From a candidate division WOR-3 bacterium (GTDB lineage Bacteria; Hydrothermota; Hydrothermia; JBDRYB01): 20,608 nucleotides of DNA. The notes under the pieces were generated by a model that made no database searches, was not told the origin of the DNA, and saw only the letters and a list, made by a program, of their open reading frames with translations. Every line of letters starts with the position of its first letter. Position 1 is the stretch's first letter. Location: positions 1 through 20,608 of the forward strand of contig JBMFOM010000024.1 in the NCBI GenBank assembly GCA_049969615.1, in the 5' to 3' direction. This document shows, in pieces, positions 1 to 7,583 of the stretch. The position numbers were made by a program, and so were the translations under genes.

Positions 1-1
1 G

Positions 2-463
2 CTCGCCATGCTGGGATGTTCAAAGGACTGGCCCTTTGAACGAACCGAGAACGGAAAGGTGGAGATAGAAGGCGGAGGCGGAGAGGAGCCGGAAGGAGGA
101 ATAGCGTATCCGGCGACCATATACGGAACTATCAGCAGTCCCCACGATGTTGTTGGCTCGGCCAAGGTTATAGTGTGGGATAATAACGGAGTTGAAATTT
201 GCAACACGTGGGTAGAGCAGGTGGACGAATACGGAAAACCATATAACCTCTGTGGGTGCAACATGACTACTGCATCCCCGCTCCCTTGGACTGTATGCGG
301 CACTATATATGATCCACATTATAGTGAGTGTCGGCACCATACCGTCACCGTCACCAACCTGCCAGATCTGTATAACTGCGGCGGTGGGCTGAGACGAAAG
401 GCCAAACAGGTTAACCTGAACCTGTTTGACTTTGGTGATTGTGATGGAAGCGGATGCTATTAG
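2..463 (+). CDS. Hypothetical Cys-rich lipoprotein, probably 5'-partial (ORF open at the window edge)
   Basis: Frame reads L-A-M-L-G-C from base 2, a lipobox-like LGC. A Gly/Glu linker follows, then a beta-rich domain (TIYGTIS...AKVIVWD) with 8 further Cys. Stop TAG at 461-463. Confidence 0.65.
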   Translation, partial: LAMLGCSKDWPFERTENGKVEIEGGGGEEPEGGIAYPATIYGTISSPHDVVGSAKVIVWDNNGVEICNTWVEQVDEYGKPYNLCGCNMTTASPLPWTVCGTIYDPHYSECRHHTVTVTNLPDLYNCGGGLRRKAKQVNLNLFDFGDCDGSGCY

Positions 464-486
464 GATAGTGAAGCCCCAAAACCATA

Positions 487-521
487 CCTCAGGCCCCGGA
501 CTTGATCTCTGGGGCCTGAGG
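487..521. repeat. 14-bp inverted repeat/hairpin (possible terminator or operator)
   Basis: CCTCAGGCCCCGGA (487-500) pairs with TCTGGGGCCTGAGG (508-521) with one G-T pair. Loop is CTTGATC. No poly-T tail. Confidence 0.75.
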
Positions 522-531
522 AGGTTATCAT
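502..531 (+). promoter_or_regulatory. Sigma70-type promoter for the 538 gene
   Basis: TTGATC (502-507)-18 nt-TATCAT (526-531)-6 nt-ATG (538). Confidence 0.55.
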
Positions 532-537
532 AAAACC

Positions 538-2133
538 ATGATCGCGCTAAACCTTATCTTGTTAAGCCAAGCAGTCCTGTGGGAGCAGGGCTTCTTTGGG
601 CAGGTGGCCATGTATGGTTCAAAGGATTGCCTCTTTTTAAGCGAGGGCAGGTTGGTTTTTACCGGGGTAAGAAGGGGCGTCCACGACTATTTCTCAACAA
701 ATAGCTGGACAGGTTTCTGCTCGGCTCTGGACCCGTATACAGGCCAGATCCTGTGGGATCATGAATTTGGGGATGTTCCCCTGAGCGGGATGGCCTCGTG
801 CGCACCAAGCCAAGATTTCTTCTATATGGCCGGAGACTACCGTAAACCATATGGGCTTATAGCCGTGAAGATGGATTACGGGGGAAATGTACTGTGGCAG
901 AAAAAATTGCCGGGCCCCCCTGAATTTTTGTTTCTAGGCCTTCCGGTCTCGGCTCTTCGCGACACGAACGAAAACATGGTGATAGTTTCTATTGCCACGG
1001 ACGCCGAGGACACGATCTCCAGGATTTTCCTCTGGTCCCTTGACCAGAATGGAAACACCAGGTGGACATATGTGTACAATTCCCCTTGGAGCCTTGATAA
1101 CGCGGGCATAATGGCCGTGATGGACGACAAAGGGAGCAGTTATGTTGTGGGTTATCTTCTCAGAGGAGTAAAGAAGAAGGAGCCTGGAGGGCGTATATAC
1201 TCTTACACCACAGGGTTTCCGGTTGAACCTGTAATTTTTTCTCCGGAAACATGCTACCCCATGCGTCCCCTTCTCCTAAAGGTGAATTGTTCCGGCGAGC
1301 TGGCCTGGGTTCAGGACTACGGTTACTGGACAAAAGCAGGCCAGGGCCACTTTATTGAATATTCTGGCGATAGGATCTACATGACAGCCAGAGAACTCAA
1401 CGGCCCATTATATGCCGAGTCCAGGGACGGATATGGCCAGATGTTCTGGTGTTACCGCTACGACAAGGAATTCATGAGCCTTGACATAGGGGACGGCTCT
1501 TGCGTTGATAAGGCCGGCAACCTCTATATTACCGGCGAAAAGGAGAACCCTGGGCCAGAGCTCTTTCTTGTGAGCTTTGATTCACATGGCCGCATGAGAT
1601 TTATAAACTTCCTGGGCACAGGTGGTGGTTTCGTTCTTAGCGCGGATACAATGGGTAATATATTCCTGGGCGGATACCTAAAAGATTCAATGGGCATGGC
1701 CCTTTTCACGGTAATGAAGCTGGATACACTGGGGAATGTAAGGTGGGTTTTCAAGAGAGATGGTAACTTTGACGAGAACAACCGTGCTGGCAGTTGTCGG
1801 TGGCTGGTTCCAGACCAGAAGGGCGGGGTTTTCGCGATGGGGAATTTCAGTTCATGCGGCCCATCTGTTCCATCCGTCCAGTATGTGGTTCACCTCGCTG
1901 ACACAACAGGGGAGGTTTCCGAGCGCGCAAGCGGAGTTCCGGGCCTCACCATACTCCCGGCCGCATCAGGCTTCTGGATATCAGGCTATGAGGGCGAGGC
2001 TCAGGTCTATGACCCCGCGGGCCGGCTGGTTCTGAGCAGGGAGATAAAGGGCAGGACACGGATAGGCCTGCTGAGGCCAGGGGTATATTTCGTGGTGGCT
2101 GGGAGGGAGAGGGCTAAGGTCGCGGTGAGGTAG
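538..2133 (+). CDS. Secreted beta-propeller repeat (SBBP/PQQ-like) protein with T9SS-like C-terminal sorting domain
   Basis: Short hydrophobic N-terminus. Repeated 'KxDxxGNxxW' and 'VDKAGNLYITG' blade motifs. C-terminus 'QVYDPAGRLV...LRPGVYFV...KVAVR' has the YDxxG / GxYF / K pattern of type A CTDs. Confidence 0.8.
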   Translation: MIALNLILLSQAVLWEQGFFGQVAMYGSKDCLFLSEGRLVFTGVRRGVHDYFSTNSWTGFCSALDPYTGQILWDHEFGDVPLSGMASCAPSQDFFYMAGDYRKPYGLIAVKMDYGGNVLWQKKLPGPPEFLFLGLPVSALRDTNENMVIVSIATDAEDTISRIFLWSLDQNGNTRWTYVYNSPWSLDNAGIMAVMDDKGSSYVVGYLLRGVKKKEPGGRIYSYTTGFPVEPVIFSPETCYPMRPLLLKVNCSGELAWVQDYGYWTKAGQGHFIEYSGDRIYMTARELNGPLYAESRDGYGQMFWCYRYDKEFMSLDIGDGSCVDKAGNLYITGEKENPGPELFLVSFDSHGRMRFINFLGTGGGFVLSADTMGNIFLGGYLKDSMGMALFTVMKLDTLGNVRWVFKRDGNFDENNRAGSCRWLVPDQKGGVFAMGNFSSCGPSVPSVQYVVHLADTTGEVSERASGVPGLTILPAASGFWISGYEGEAQVYDPAGRLVLSREIKGRTRIGLLRPGVYFVVAGRERAKVAVR

Positions 2134-2234
2134 GTTTTGAAGAGCAATGGCAACCACTATAACCCATTTTTGGGGTCCTGAGAGCCGTAAGGGTTTTGAA
2201 GTATCCCCATAAATTCGGCTAGTTTCCCCAATGC

Positions 2235-2263
2235 TTGATCCTGCGCATATAATAGGCTATAAT
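2235..2263 (+). promoter_or_regulatory. Sigma70-type promoter of tRNA-Pro
   Basis: TTGATC (2235-2240)-17 nt-TATAAT (2258-2263), 12 nt before the tRNA. A second TATAAT lies at 2248-2253. Confidence 0.75.
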
Positions 2264-2275
2264 TTGCTCCTTATA

Positions 2276-2351
2276 CGGGGCGTAGCGCAGTTTGGTTTAG
2301 CGTGCCTGCCTTGGGAGCAGGAGGTCGCCGGTTCAAATCCGGCCGCCCCGA
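2276..2351 (+). tRNA. tRNA-Pro (anticodon TGG), CCA not encoded
   Basis: Acceptor CGGGGCG/CGCCCCG with discriminator A2351. D arm GCGC..GCGT. Anticodon stem CCTGC/GCAGG with loop CTTGGGA (TGG at 2312-2314). T loop TTCAAAT. Followed by TTG. Confidence 0.97.
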
Positions 2352-2563
2352 TTGCCACCCCGGCTCAGAAACCGTTATAACCCAGCTCCTCTGTAGGATC
2401 ATGTATTTGTGTATCTAGGAAAACCAAACAAACATGAGGCAATTGTTTTAGTTTCTTTATGGACGGGTGGGTTCTTTAGGCCATATTCAGCCATGAGCAT
2501 TTATCTTTAGAGGCACCTTAGCATCCCAGGCCGTCCAGTGATTAATGAGGACATTAAACCCAC

Positions 2564-3151
2564 TCATTCCATCTCCTTCCTTCCTAGGAACGCCTCCTTG
2601 ACCGTAACGGGGTCCGCGAGGGAGAGCTCCGCGCCCGTGGGGATTCCCCTGGCAATCCTGGTTACCCTTACCTTGTCTTTCAAAAGTTCATAAATGTAGA
2701 ATGCGGTCGCGTCCCCCTCAACCGTCGGAGATAGCGCGATTATCACCTCCTTGACGCTGGCGGTCTCGCATCTCCTGAGCAAAGCGGCAAGCCTTATATC
2801 CTCCGGACCAACACCATCCAGAGGCGAGATAACGCCACCAAGCACATGATAACGGCCCCTGTAAAAGCTGAAGCTTTCAAAGAGAAAAACATCCGAGGGC
2901 TTTTCTACTACCGTGATAATTCCTTCTCGGTTGACATCAGAACATATTGGACAGGGATCAAGGTCTGTTATTACCCCGCAGACCGAACAGAAACCAAGTT
3001 CCTGTGCGCCAGAAAGCGCCCTTATGAGCTCCTCAAGGTTGTTCCTGTGCCCTAGGAGATAGAAAGCGAGGCGCTCTGCCGTGTGCTCACCGACGCCGGG
3101 AAGGGCTTTCAAGGCCTCGGTTAGCCTAAGGAGCGGCTTTGGAATCCACAT
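2564..3151 (-). CDS. recR: Recombination mediator RecR
   Basis: HhH 'LPGVGEHTAERLAF', Zn finger CSVC..CPIC, TOPRIM 'YHVLGGVISPLDG' and 'PTVEGDATA', C-terminal 'RIARGIP'. Canonical dnaX-ybaB-recR order. Confidence 0.97.
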   Translation of the reverse strand: MWIPKPLLRLTEALKALPGVGEHTAERLAFYLLGHRNNLEELIRALSGAQELGFCSVCGVITDLDPCPICSDVNREGIITVVEKPSDVFLFESFSFYRGRYHVLGGVISPLDGVGPEDIRLAALLRRCETASVKEVIIALSPTVEGDATAFYIYELLKDKVRVTRIARGIPTGAELSLADPVTVKEAFLGRKEME

Positions 3152-3176
3152 CTTATCTGCTCGTAAAAATCAGGAA

Positions 3177-3506
3177 TTAGGACCCAAATGTGCCCCCGAG
3201 CATCGCCTTCATCTCCGGCGGAAGGCTATCCACAAGCTCCTTGAACTTCTCCTGACTGAACCTGCCAGCGGCTTCCCTGGCTTTGTTAAAGGCATAGGCA
3301 AGACCCTTTTCCAGGTCCTTCCGCCTATCTGGGCTCAGGAGCTCAGGGTCTATTTCAATTGATTGAACCTCTCCGGTCCCGTCAACGGTTATCTTTACCT
3401 TTCCTCCCTGGGCATCAGAAGAAATCCTCGCCTTCTTCAGCTCTTTTTCCATCTTTCCCAACCTGGCCTTAAGGGCCATCGCGTCCTTCATCTGTCCAAA
3501 GTTCAT
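3177..3506 (-). CDS. ybaB: YbaB/EbfC nucleoid-associated protein
   Basis: 109 aa, 'GGKVKITVDGTGEVQSIEIDPELL...DLE'. Between dnaX and recR. GGAGG upstream. Overlaps the dnaX 3' end by 38 nt. Confidence 0.93.
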   Translation of the reverse strand: MNFGQMKDAMALKARLGKMEKELKKARISSDAQGGKVKITVDGTGEVQSIEIDPELLSPDRRKDLEKGLAYAFNKAREAAGRFSQEKFKELVDSLPPEMKAMLGGTFGS

Positions 3507-4737
3507 CCTCTATTTCCTCCAGCTTGAACGTTTCTATGAGCCTCTTCAGGGCCTCATCCTGAACCTCCGGTTTGGCCTCATCCTGGGCCTTCTTCTTTCG
3601 TATGGGGGCAGATGGTGTCTTTGCGATGTCTTCTGCCCGTATCTCAGAGGCGCCGGAGAGCGCTCGTTCTATATCCACGGCCGAAGGGAGCAGGGCCATT
3701 CTGAGAACAGCATGCTCCGCCCAGGCCCTGGGATTTATCCGGTATCTAAGGGAAGATTCAAGATCAAAGGTTATGTTCGCATATGCCAGGAGATCCTCCC
3801 TCGGAAACGCGTTAGCCATCCTGGCGGTTTCCTCATCCTCTGACACGCCCATCTTGGCGCGCAGAAGCTCGGAGAGAAAAGCGACCAGCCCCCTCATGAA
3901 ATCCGCAGGGGTATATCCCCTGGCGAGGAGGGAATCAAAGTGTCTCAGTGCGCCCGACGCGTCGCGTTCCTTAAGGTGCACGAACAACTGCCGGTAGAAA
4001 TCCTTCTCCACTACGCCCAAAAGGTTCAAAACATCCCTCTTGGTTATGGCCCCTCCAGAATATACCCATAGCTGTTCAAGCATAACAAGCGCATCCCGGA
4101 GAGAGCCATCAGAATGCTCTGAGAGGGCCTTCATCGCGTCCGGCTCCACCGGTATCCCTTCCGCGGAGGCTATGACGGTGAGTCTATCAACGATATCGTG
4201 CACACTTATCGGCCTCAGATCAAAACGCTGAACCCGGGAAAGAACCGTCCTGGGTATGCGCTGAGGGTCAGTGGTCGCGAACATGAATATCAGGTAGGAA
4301 GGGGGTTCCTCAAGGGTTTTCAGGAGCGCGTTGAACGCCTCTGTGGTAAGCATGTGGACCTCATCTATGATATATATCTTGAACCTGCTATAGGCTGGCG
4401 GGAACCGTATTTGCTCCTTTATGTTTCTTATCTCGTCAATGCCTCTGTTGGATGCACCGTCTATCTCTATGACATCCATGGAACCGCCATGAGCAATGGC
4501 GCGGCAGTTCTCGCATTCACCACAGGGCTCGTCGGATGGCCCCCGCTCGCAGTTCAAGGCCATGGCGAGCAGTCTGGCTATGGTGGTCTTGCCTACTCCC
4601 CTTGGCCCCGAAAAAAGGTATGCCTGACCCAGGCGCTCCGGCCCAAGCCTCAAAGCGTTCTGGAGTGTCCGGACAACATGCTCCTGGTTCACCACATCCG
4701 TGAACTTCCTGGGCCGGTATTTAACGGGGAGGTTCAT
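3469..4737 (-). CDS. dnaX: DNA polymerase III subunit gamma/tau
   Basis: 'KYRP..F', Walker A GPRGVGKTT, Zn module C..CGECENC, 'EIDGASN', Walker B 'IIDEVHML', 'NALLKTLEEPP', sensor II 'GSLRDA'. Confidence 0.97.
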   Translation of the reverse strand: MNLPVKYRPRKFTDVVNQEHVVRTLQNALRLGPERLGQAYLFSGPRGVGKTTIARLLAMALNCERGPSDEPCGECENCRAIAHGGSMDVIEIDGASNRGIDEIRNIKEQIRFPPAYSRFKIYIIDEVHMLTTEAFNALLKTLEEPPSYLIFMFATTDPQRIPRTVLSRVQRFDLRPISVHDIVDRLTVIASAEGIPVEPDAMKALSEHSDGSLRDALVMLEQLWVYSGGAITKRDVLNLLGVVEKDFYRQLFVHLKERDASGALRHFDSLLARGYTPADFMRGLVAFLSELLRAKMGVSEDEETARMANAFPREDLLAYANITFDLESSLRYRINPRAWAEHAVLRMALLPSAVDIERALSGASEIRAEDIAKTPSAPIRKKKAQDEAKPEVQDEALKRLIETFKLEEIEDELWTDEGRDGP

Positions 4738-6278
4738 CAGAAAACGCCTGCCTCCTTATCCTGCTCGGGCATCCTGAATCCCAATCTCAGGCCGGCTGAT
4801 AATGAGAGGTTCGGCATTAGGGAACCCAGATCGACATCCGTATCCGTGACGGTTGAAGAGAGGATGTCAAGCGTGTAAGCGAGGGCTGAAGCTTTCGCAC
4901 CAACGCCTATCTCCTGAAGAACAACGCCGCCCATGTTCAACTCAGGTTTCAGGGTAAAACCAACGCCACCATATATTAGGGGTACAGAGGGAATGAAGTA
5001 GTCCCCAGCCTTCGCGTAGCGCCAGGCAACAACACCGCCAATACGAAGTTCTGACTTTGGCAGTGGGATACCGACCGACGGCGTAAAGTAGTTTGTTCCC
5101 ATATAGACACCGTCCGCGTCCTCCGCAAGCTCAATGCCACCACCCAGGTTTATCACGAACAGGTTTATTCCTCCCCTAACCGCCACATATTGCAGGAGGT
5201 TATAATCTATCTCGTCCCGAAGGGTATCAGTGGAATATATGATTGAGCCTCCGCCGAGGACGAGGTTCCCGGATATCGTGCTATCCGCGGGGTTCACAAC
5301 TACATTGTCTTCGGTTGGGGTTAGGCTACCACCCACGGTGTCAGGCAGGCAAATGGTCCGGGTGTATATGGTGGTAACCGAGGACCTCATGCCACCCTCA
5401 AGGCCTAACGAGAGGCCTAGGAACTTCAGGGGTCTCAATGTCATACCGAAAAGCAAGGCGTTCTGGGAACCCTGGACAACACCGTCGTATGAGGCATAGA
5501 AAAGGGAATCCGTCACAGGGACATCTAGATAGACATTCAGGTTGTCGGTGTTCCAGCCCTCCGCGCTGGGGTCGCAATTCAGCCTGGCGGAATCCAGGGA
5601 AACCCGGCCAACCGCGTGTAATTCAGCGGTGTATTTCCTCATCTTGTAACCGAAACCAAGAGCGAATGGCCCGAGCCTCAGCGCACCACCAAAGAAGAGT
5701 GGGGCCTGGCGCATCTCCGCATCCAGTGCTGGATAAAGGGATGCGGCGGCCGATCCGCCGAGCTTCAATCTGAGTGGCACGGTGTCCGATCCCGCAACAT
5801 AGTTATAGTCAAACGAGGTCAAGCTATCAGCCTCAATGGTTGTCCCAAACGAGAAACCCTCCGGCAGGCTAACAGAGACATAGGAAGGCCTCTGATAAAT
5901 AAAGCCCAGGGAGAAAAGGCCTAATTTGCCAGCTATGCCGAAATAATCAAAACCGCCCTGATCAGTAAAGGTCCCATCAAGATCAACAGGAATGGTGGTC
6001 ATCGTGGTATCTCCAGCGGTTATTGGCAGGTCAAAGTTCATGCCAGCGTTGGCGGAAGAGGTCATTGAACCCGCAACATACAGGTCAATATTGTTCTTTG
6101 AGAACGCGAGAACAGATGGGTTCATGTCCGCGCCGACTATACCTTCGGAACGGGATGGATCCAGAAACCCCGGATTCAGGAAAAAGAGGTTGGCCGGGGT
6201 CTCTGATGTCACGAAACTCACTGGCAGACTAACAGCCGGTGTTTCCTGGGAGATCAGAAACAAAAATACAACCAACAT
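4737..6278 (-). CDS. Hypothetical outer-membrane beta-barrel protein (FadL/PorV-like features)
   Basis: Signal-like N-terminus, 'FFLNPG' and 'MNPS' NPA-like motifs, many amphipathic Gly/aromatic strands, late strand 'SAGLRLGF'. SD AAAGGAG. TGATG overlap with the dnaX start. Confidence 0.6.
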   Translation of the reverse strand: MLVVFLFLISQETPAVSLPVSFVTSETPANLFFLNPGFLDPSRSEGIVGADMNPSVLAFSKNNIDLYVAGSMTSSANAGMNFDLPITAGDTTMTTIPVDLDGTFTDQGGFDYFGIAGKLGLFSLGFIYQRPSYVSVSLPEGFSFGTTIEADSLTSFDYNYVAGSDTVPLRLKLGGSAAASLYPALDAEMRQAPLFFGGALRLGPFALGFGYKMRKYTAELHAVGRVSLDSARLNCDPSAEGWNTDNLNVYLDVPVTDSLFYASYDGVVQGSQNALLFGMTLRPLKFLGLSLGLEGGMRSSVTTIYTRTICLPDTVGGSLTPTEDNVVVNPADSTISGNLVLGGGSIIYSTDTLRDEIDYNLLQYVAVRGGINLFVINLGGGIELAEDADGVYMGTNYFTPSVGIPLPKSELRIGGVVAWRYAKAGDYFIPSVPLIYGGVGFTLKPELNMGGVVLQEIGVGAKASALAYTLDILSSTVTDTDVDLGSLMPNLSLSAGLRLGFRMPEQDKEAGVF

Positions 6279-6298
6279 CTCAACTCCTTTGTCCCAAG

Positions 6299-6328
6299 AT
6301 TATAATCGGACAGGGCGCGGTGGATCAA
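6299..6328 (-). promoter_or_regulatory. Sigma70-type promoter of the barrel-dnaX-ybaB-recR operon
   Basis: Minus strand TTGATC (6328-6323)-18 nt-TATAAT (6304-6299). The -10 lies within the palindrome GATTATAATC (6298-6307). Confidence 0.7.
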
Positions 6329-6396
6329 AGTGTGCCCGACGAAGATGAGCATGACTGGAGTGGCGATGAACGATTGACAACGAATATAATTTGCCC

Positions 6397-7416
6397 ATGA
6401 TGGAAGTACGTTTTTCACCCGGCGGAGGAAGTTCATCCTCGGAATATGATCTGATCATAGCCGGCGCGGGACCAGCCGGACTAACCGCGGCCATATACGG
6501 AGCCAGGTTTGGATTCAAGACCCTCGTTGCTGAAAACCTCGCGCCCGGCGGTCAGATAGCGACCGCGGACCTGGTTGAGAATTATCCGGGCTTCCCGGAG
6601 GGGATATCTGGTGCAAAATTAGGGGAATTGATGGAAGCTCAAGCAAGGAGGTTTGGCGTGGAGCTGGTCCAAGACGGTATTGTGTCAATACAGCCTACTG
6701 ATTCAGTTAGGGCTACCCAACCGGACAGCAGGCTAAAGGCCTTGCCCGAACATGGCTTTGTGATCATGGCGGAATCAGGCACGGAGCTCAGGGCAGGTGC
6801 TGTGATAATAGCGACCGGTGCGGAGCCAAAGAGGCTTGAGATACCAGGGGAGAATGAACTCGTTGGGCGAGGGGTATCCTACTGTGCGGTTTGCGATGGT
6901 ATGTTATACAGGGGCAAGACCGTAGCGGTGATTGGTGGCGGGGATTCTGCGCTGTCCGAGGCAAGATACCTCGCATCTCTCGCGGAGAGGGTTTATCTCG
7001 TCCACAAGAGAACCGAGTTCAGGGCACAGGACTACCTGGTCAAGGAGATAGCGAGGATCCCCAACCTTGAGAGAATAACGCCGTTCATTCCCTTGGAAAT
7101 AAAGGGTAGGGATAGGGTTGAAGCGCTCATCCTTGAGAACCGGGAAACCCACGAAAAAAAGGAAATAGCCATTGACGGGGTCTTTGTCTATGTCGGTCTG
7201 GTGCCAAACTCCAAGCCTTTCCTGGAGTTGGTTGACGCGGACGAGGCCGGGTTCATAATAACAGACGATCACATGCGCACCAGAACACCGGGCCTTTTTG
7301 CCGCGGGGGATGTGAGGGCAAAGCCCCTCAGACAGGTTTCCACAGCCGTGGGCGACGGCGCGTTGGCCGCGCAAGGGGCTTATGAGTTTCTGAGGGGCCT
7401 CTTCGCTCAAAACTAA
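6397..7416 (+). CDS. trxB: Thioredoxin-disulfide reductase
   Basis: FAD GAGPAG, 'VENYPGF', ATG motif, active site 'GVSYCAVCDG', GGGDSA, 'GLFAAGD', 'RQVSTAVGDG'. Start placed at ATG 6397, 6 nt after TATAAT (6385-6390). Confidence 0.96.
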   Translation: MMEVRFSPGGGSSSSEYDLIIAGAGPAGLTAAIYGARFGFKTLVAENLAPGGQIATADLVENYPGFPEGISGAKLGELMEAQARRFGVELVQDGIVSIQPTDSVRATQPDSRLKALPEHGFVIMAESGTELRAGAVIIATGAEPKRLEIPGENELVGRGVSYCAVCDGMLYRGKTVAVIGGGDSALSEARYLASLAERVYLVHKRTEFRAQDYLVKEIARIPNLERITPFIPLEIKGRDRVEALILENRETHEKKEIAIDGVFVYVGLVPNSKPFLELVDADEAGFIITDDHMRTRTPGLFAAGDVRAKPLRQVSTAVGDGALAAQGAYEFLRGLFAQN

Positions 7417-7583
7417 ACCCTAACCTTAGGGCCTTCCATCGCTCAAAATAAAAAACTAACCCTAAGCGACCAGATGATAATGTTTCAGGCTAAGGGATTT
7501 CTATGAGGAGGGCTCATGGTTAGAATTCTATTTTGAGCGAACGAACCTATTTGTTTGGGTTAGATTTTTTGTGAGCGAACGCG
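7402..7583. repeat. Dispersed nested inverted-repeat element (MITE/REPIN-like), copy 1
   Basis: 7439-7583 matches 15727-15867 apart from 3 substitutions and one 4-nt indel. Boxes of type TTCGCTCAAAA-N7-CTAACC at 7402-7425 and 7438-7461, inverted at 7518-7541 and 7558-7579. Confidence 0.88.

Noticed and set aside
2276..2563. tRNA-anchored genomic island, or SRP/6S RNA
   Set aside because: No integrase and no duplicated tRNA 3' end in the window. No SRP GGAA-loop motif and no convincing 6S closing stem.
3560..3620. Programmed -1 frameshift in dnaX
   Set aside because: The Lys run is CGA AAG AAG AAG, not A AAA AAG or a poly-A tract. The gene is simply a short 422-aa form.
4198..4878. Long antisense or alternate-frame ORFs (e.g. 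226 aa here, 17295-18023, 18519-19115, 19483-19833)
   Set aside because: Shadow ORFs overlapping well-supported genes, with no recognisable motifs.
6374..6390. Perfect TTGACA + TATAAT promoter
   Set aside because: The hexamers are only 5 nt apart, so they cannot form one promoter. Only the -10 was used.
7402..7583. Integron attC sites (CTAAC...GTTAG, stop codon in the left arm)
   Set aside because: The left motif does not fit RYYYAAC, complementarity extends well outside the GTT, there are no clear L boxes, the flanking genes are housekeeping and no integrase is present.
7402..7583. CRISPR mini-array
   Set aside because: The boxes are degenerate, in opposite orientations and only ~12-16 nt apart, the interior is the same in both copies, and there are no cas genes.
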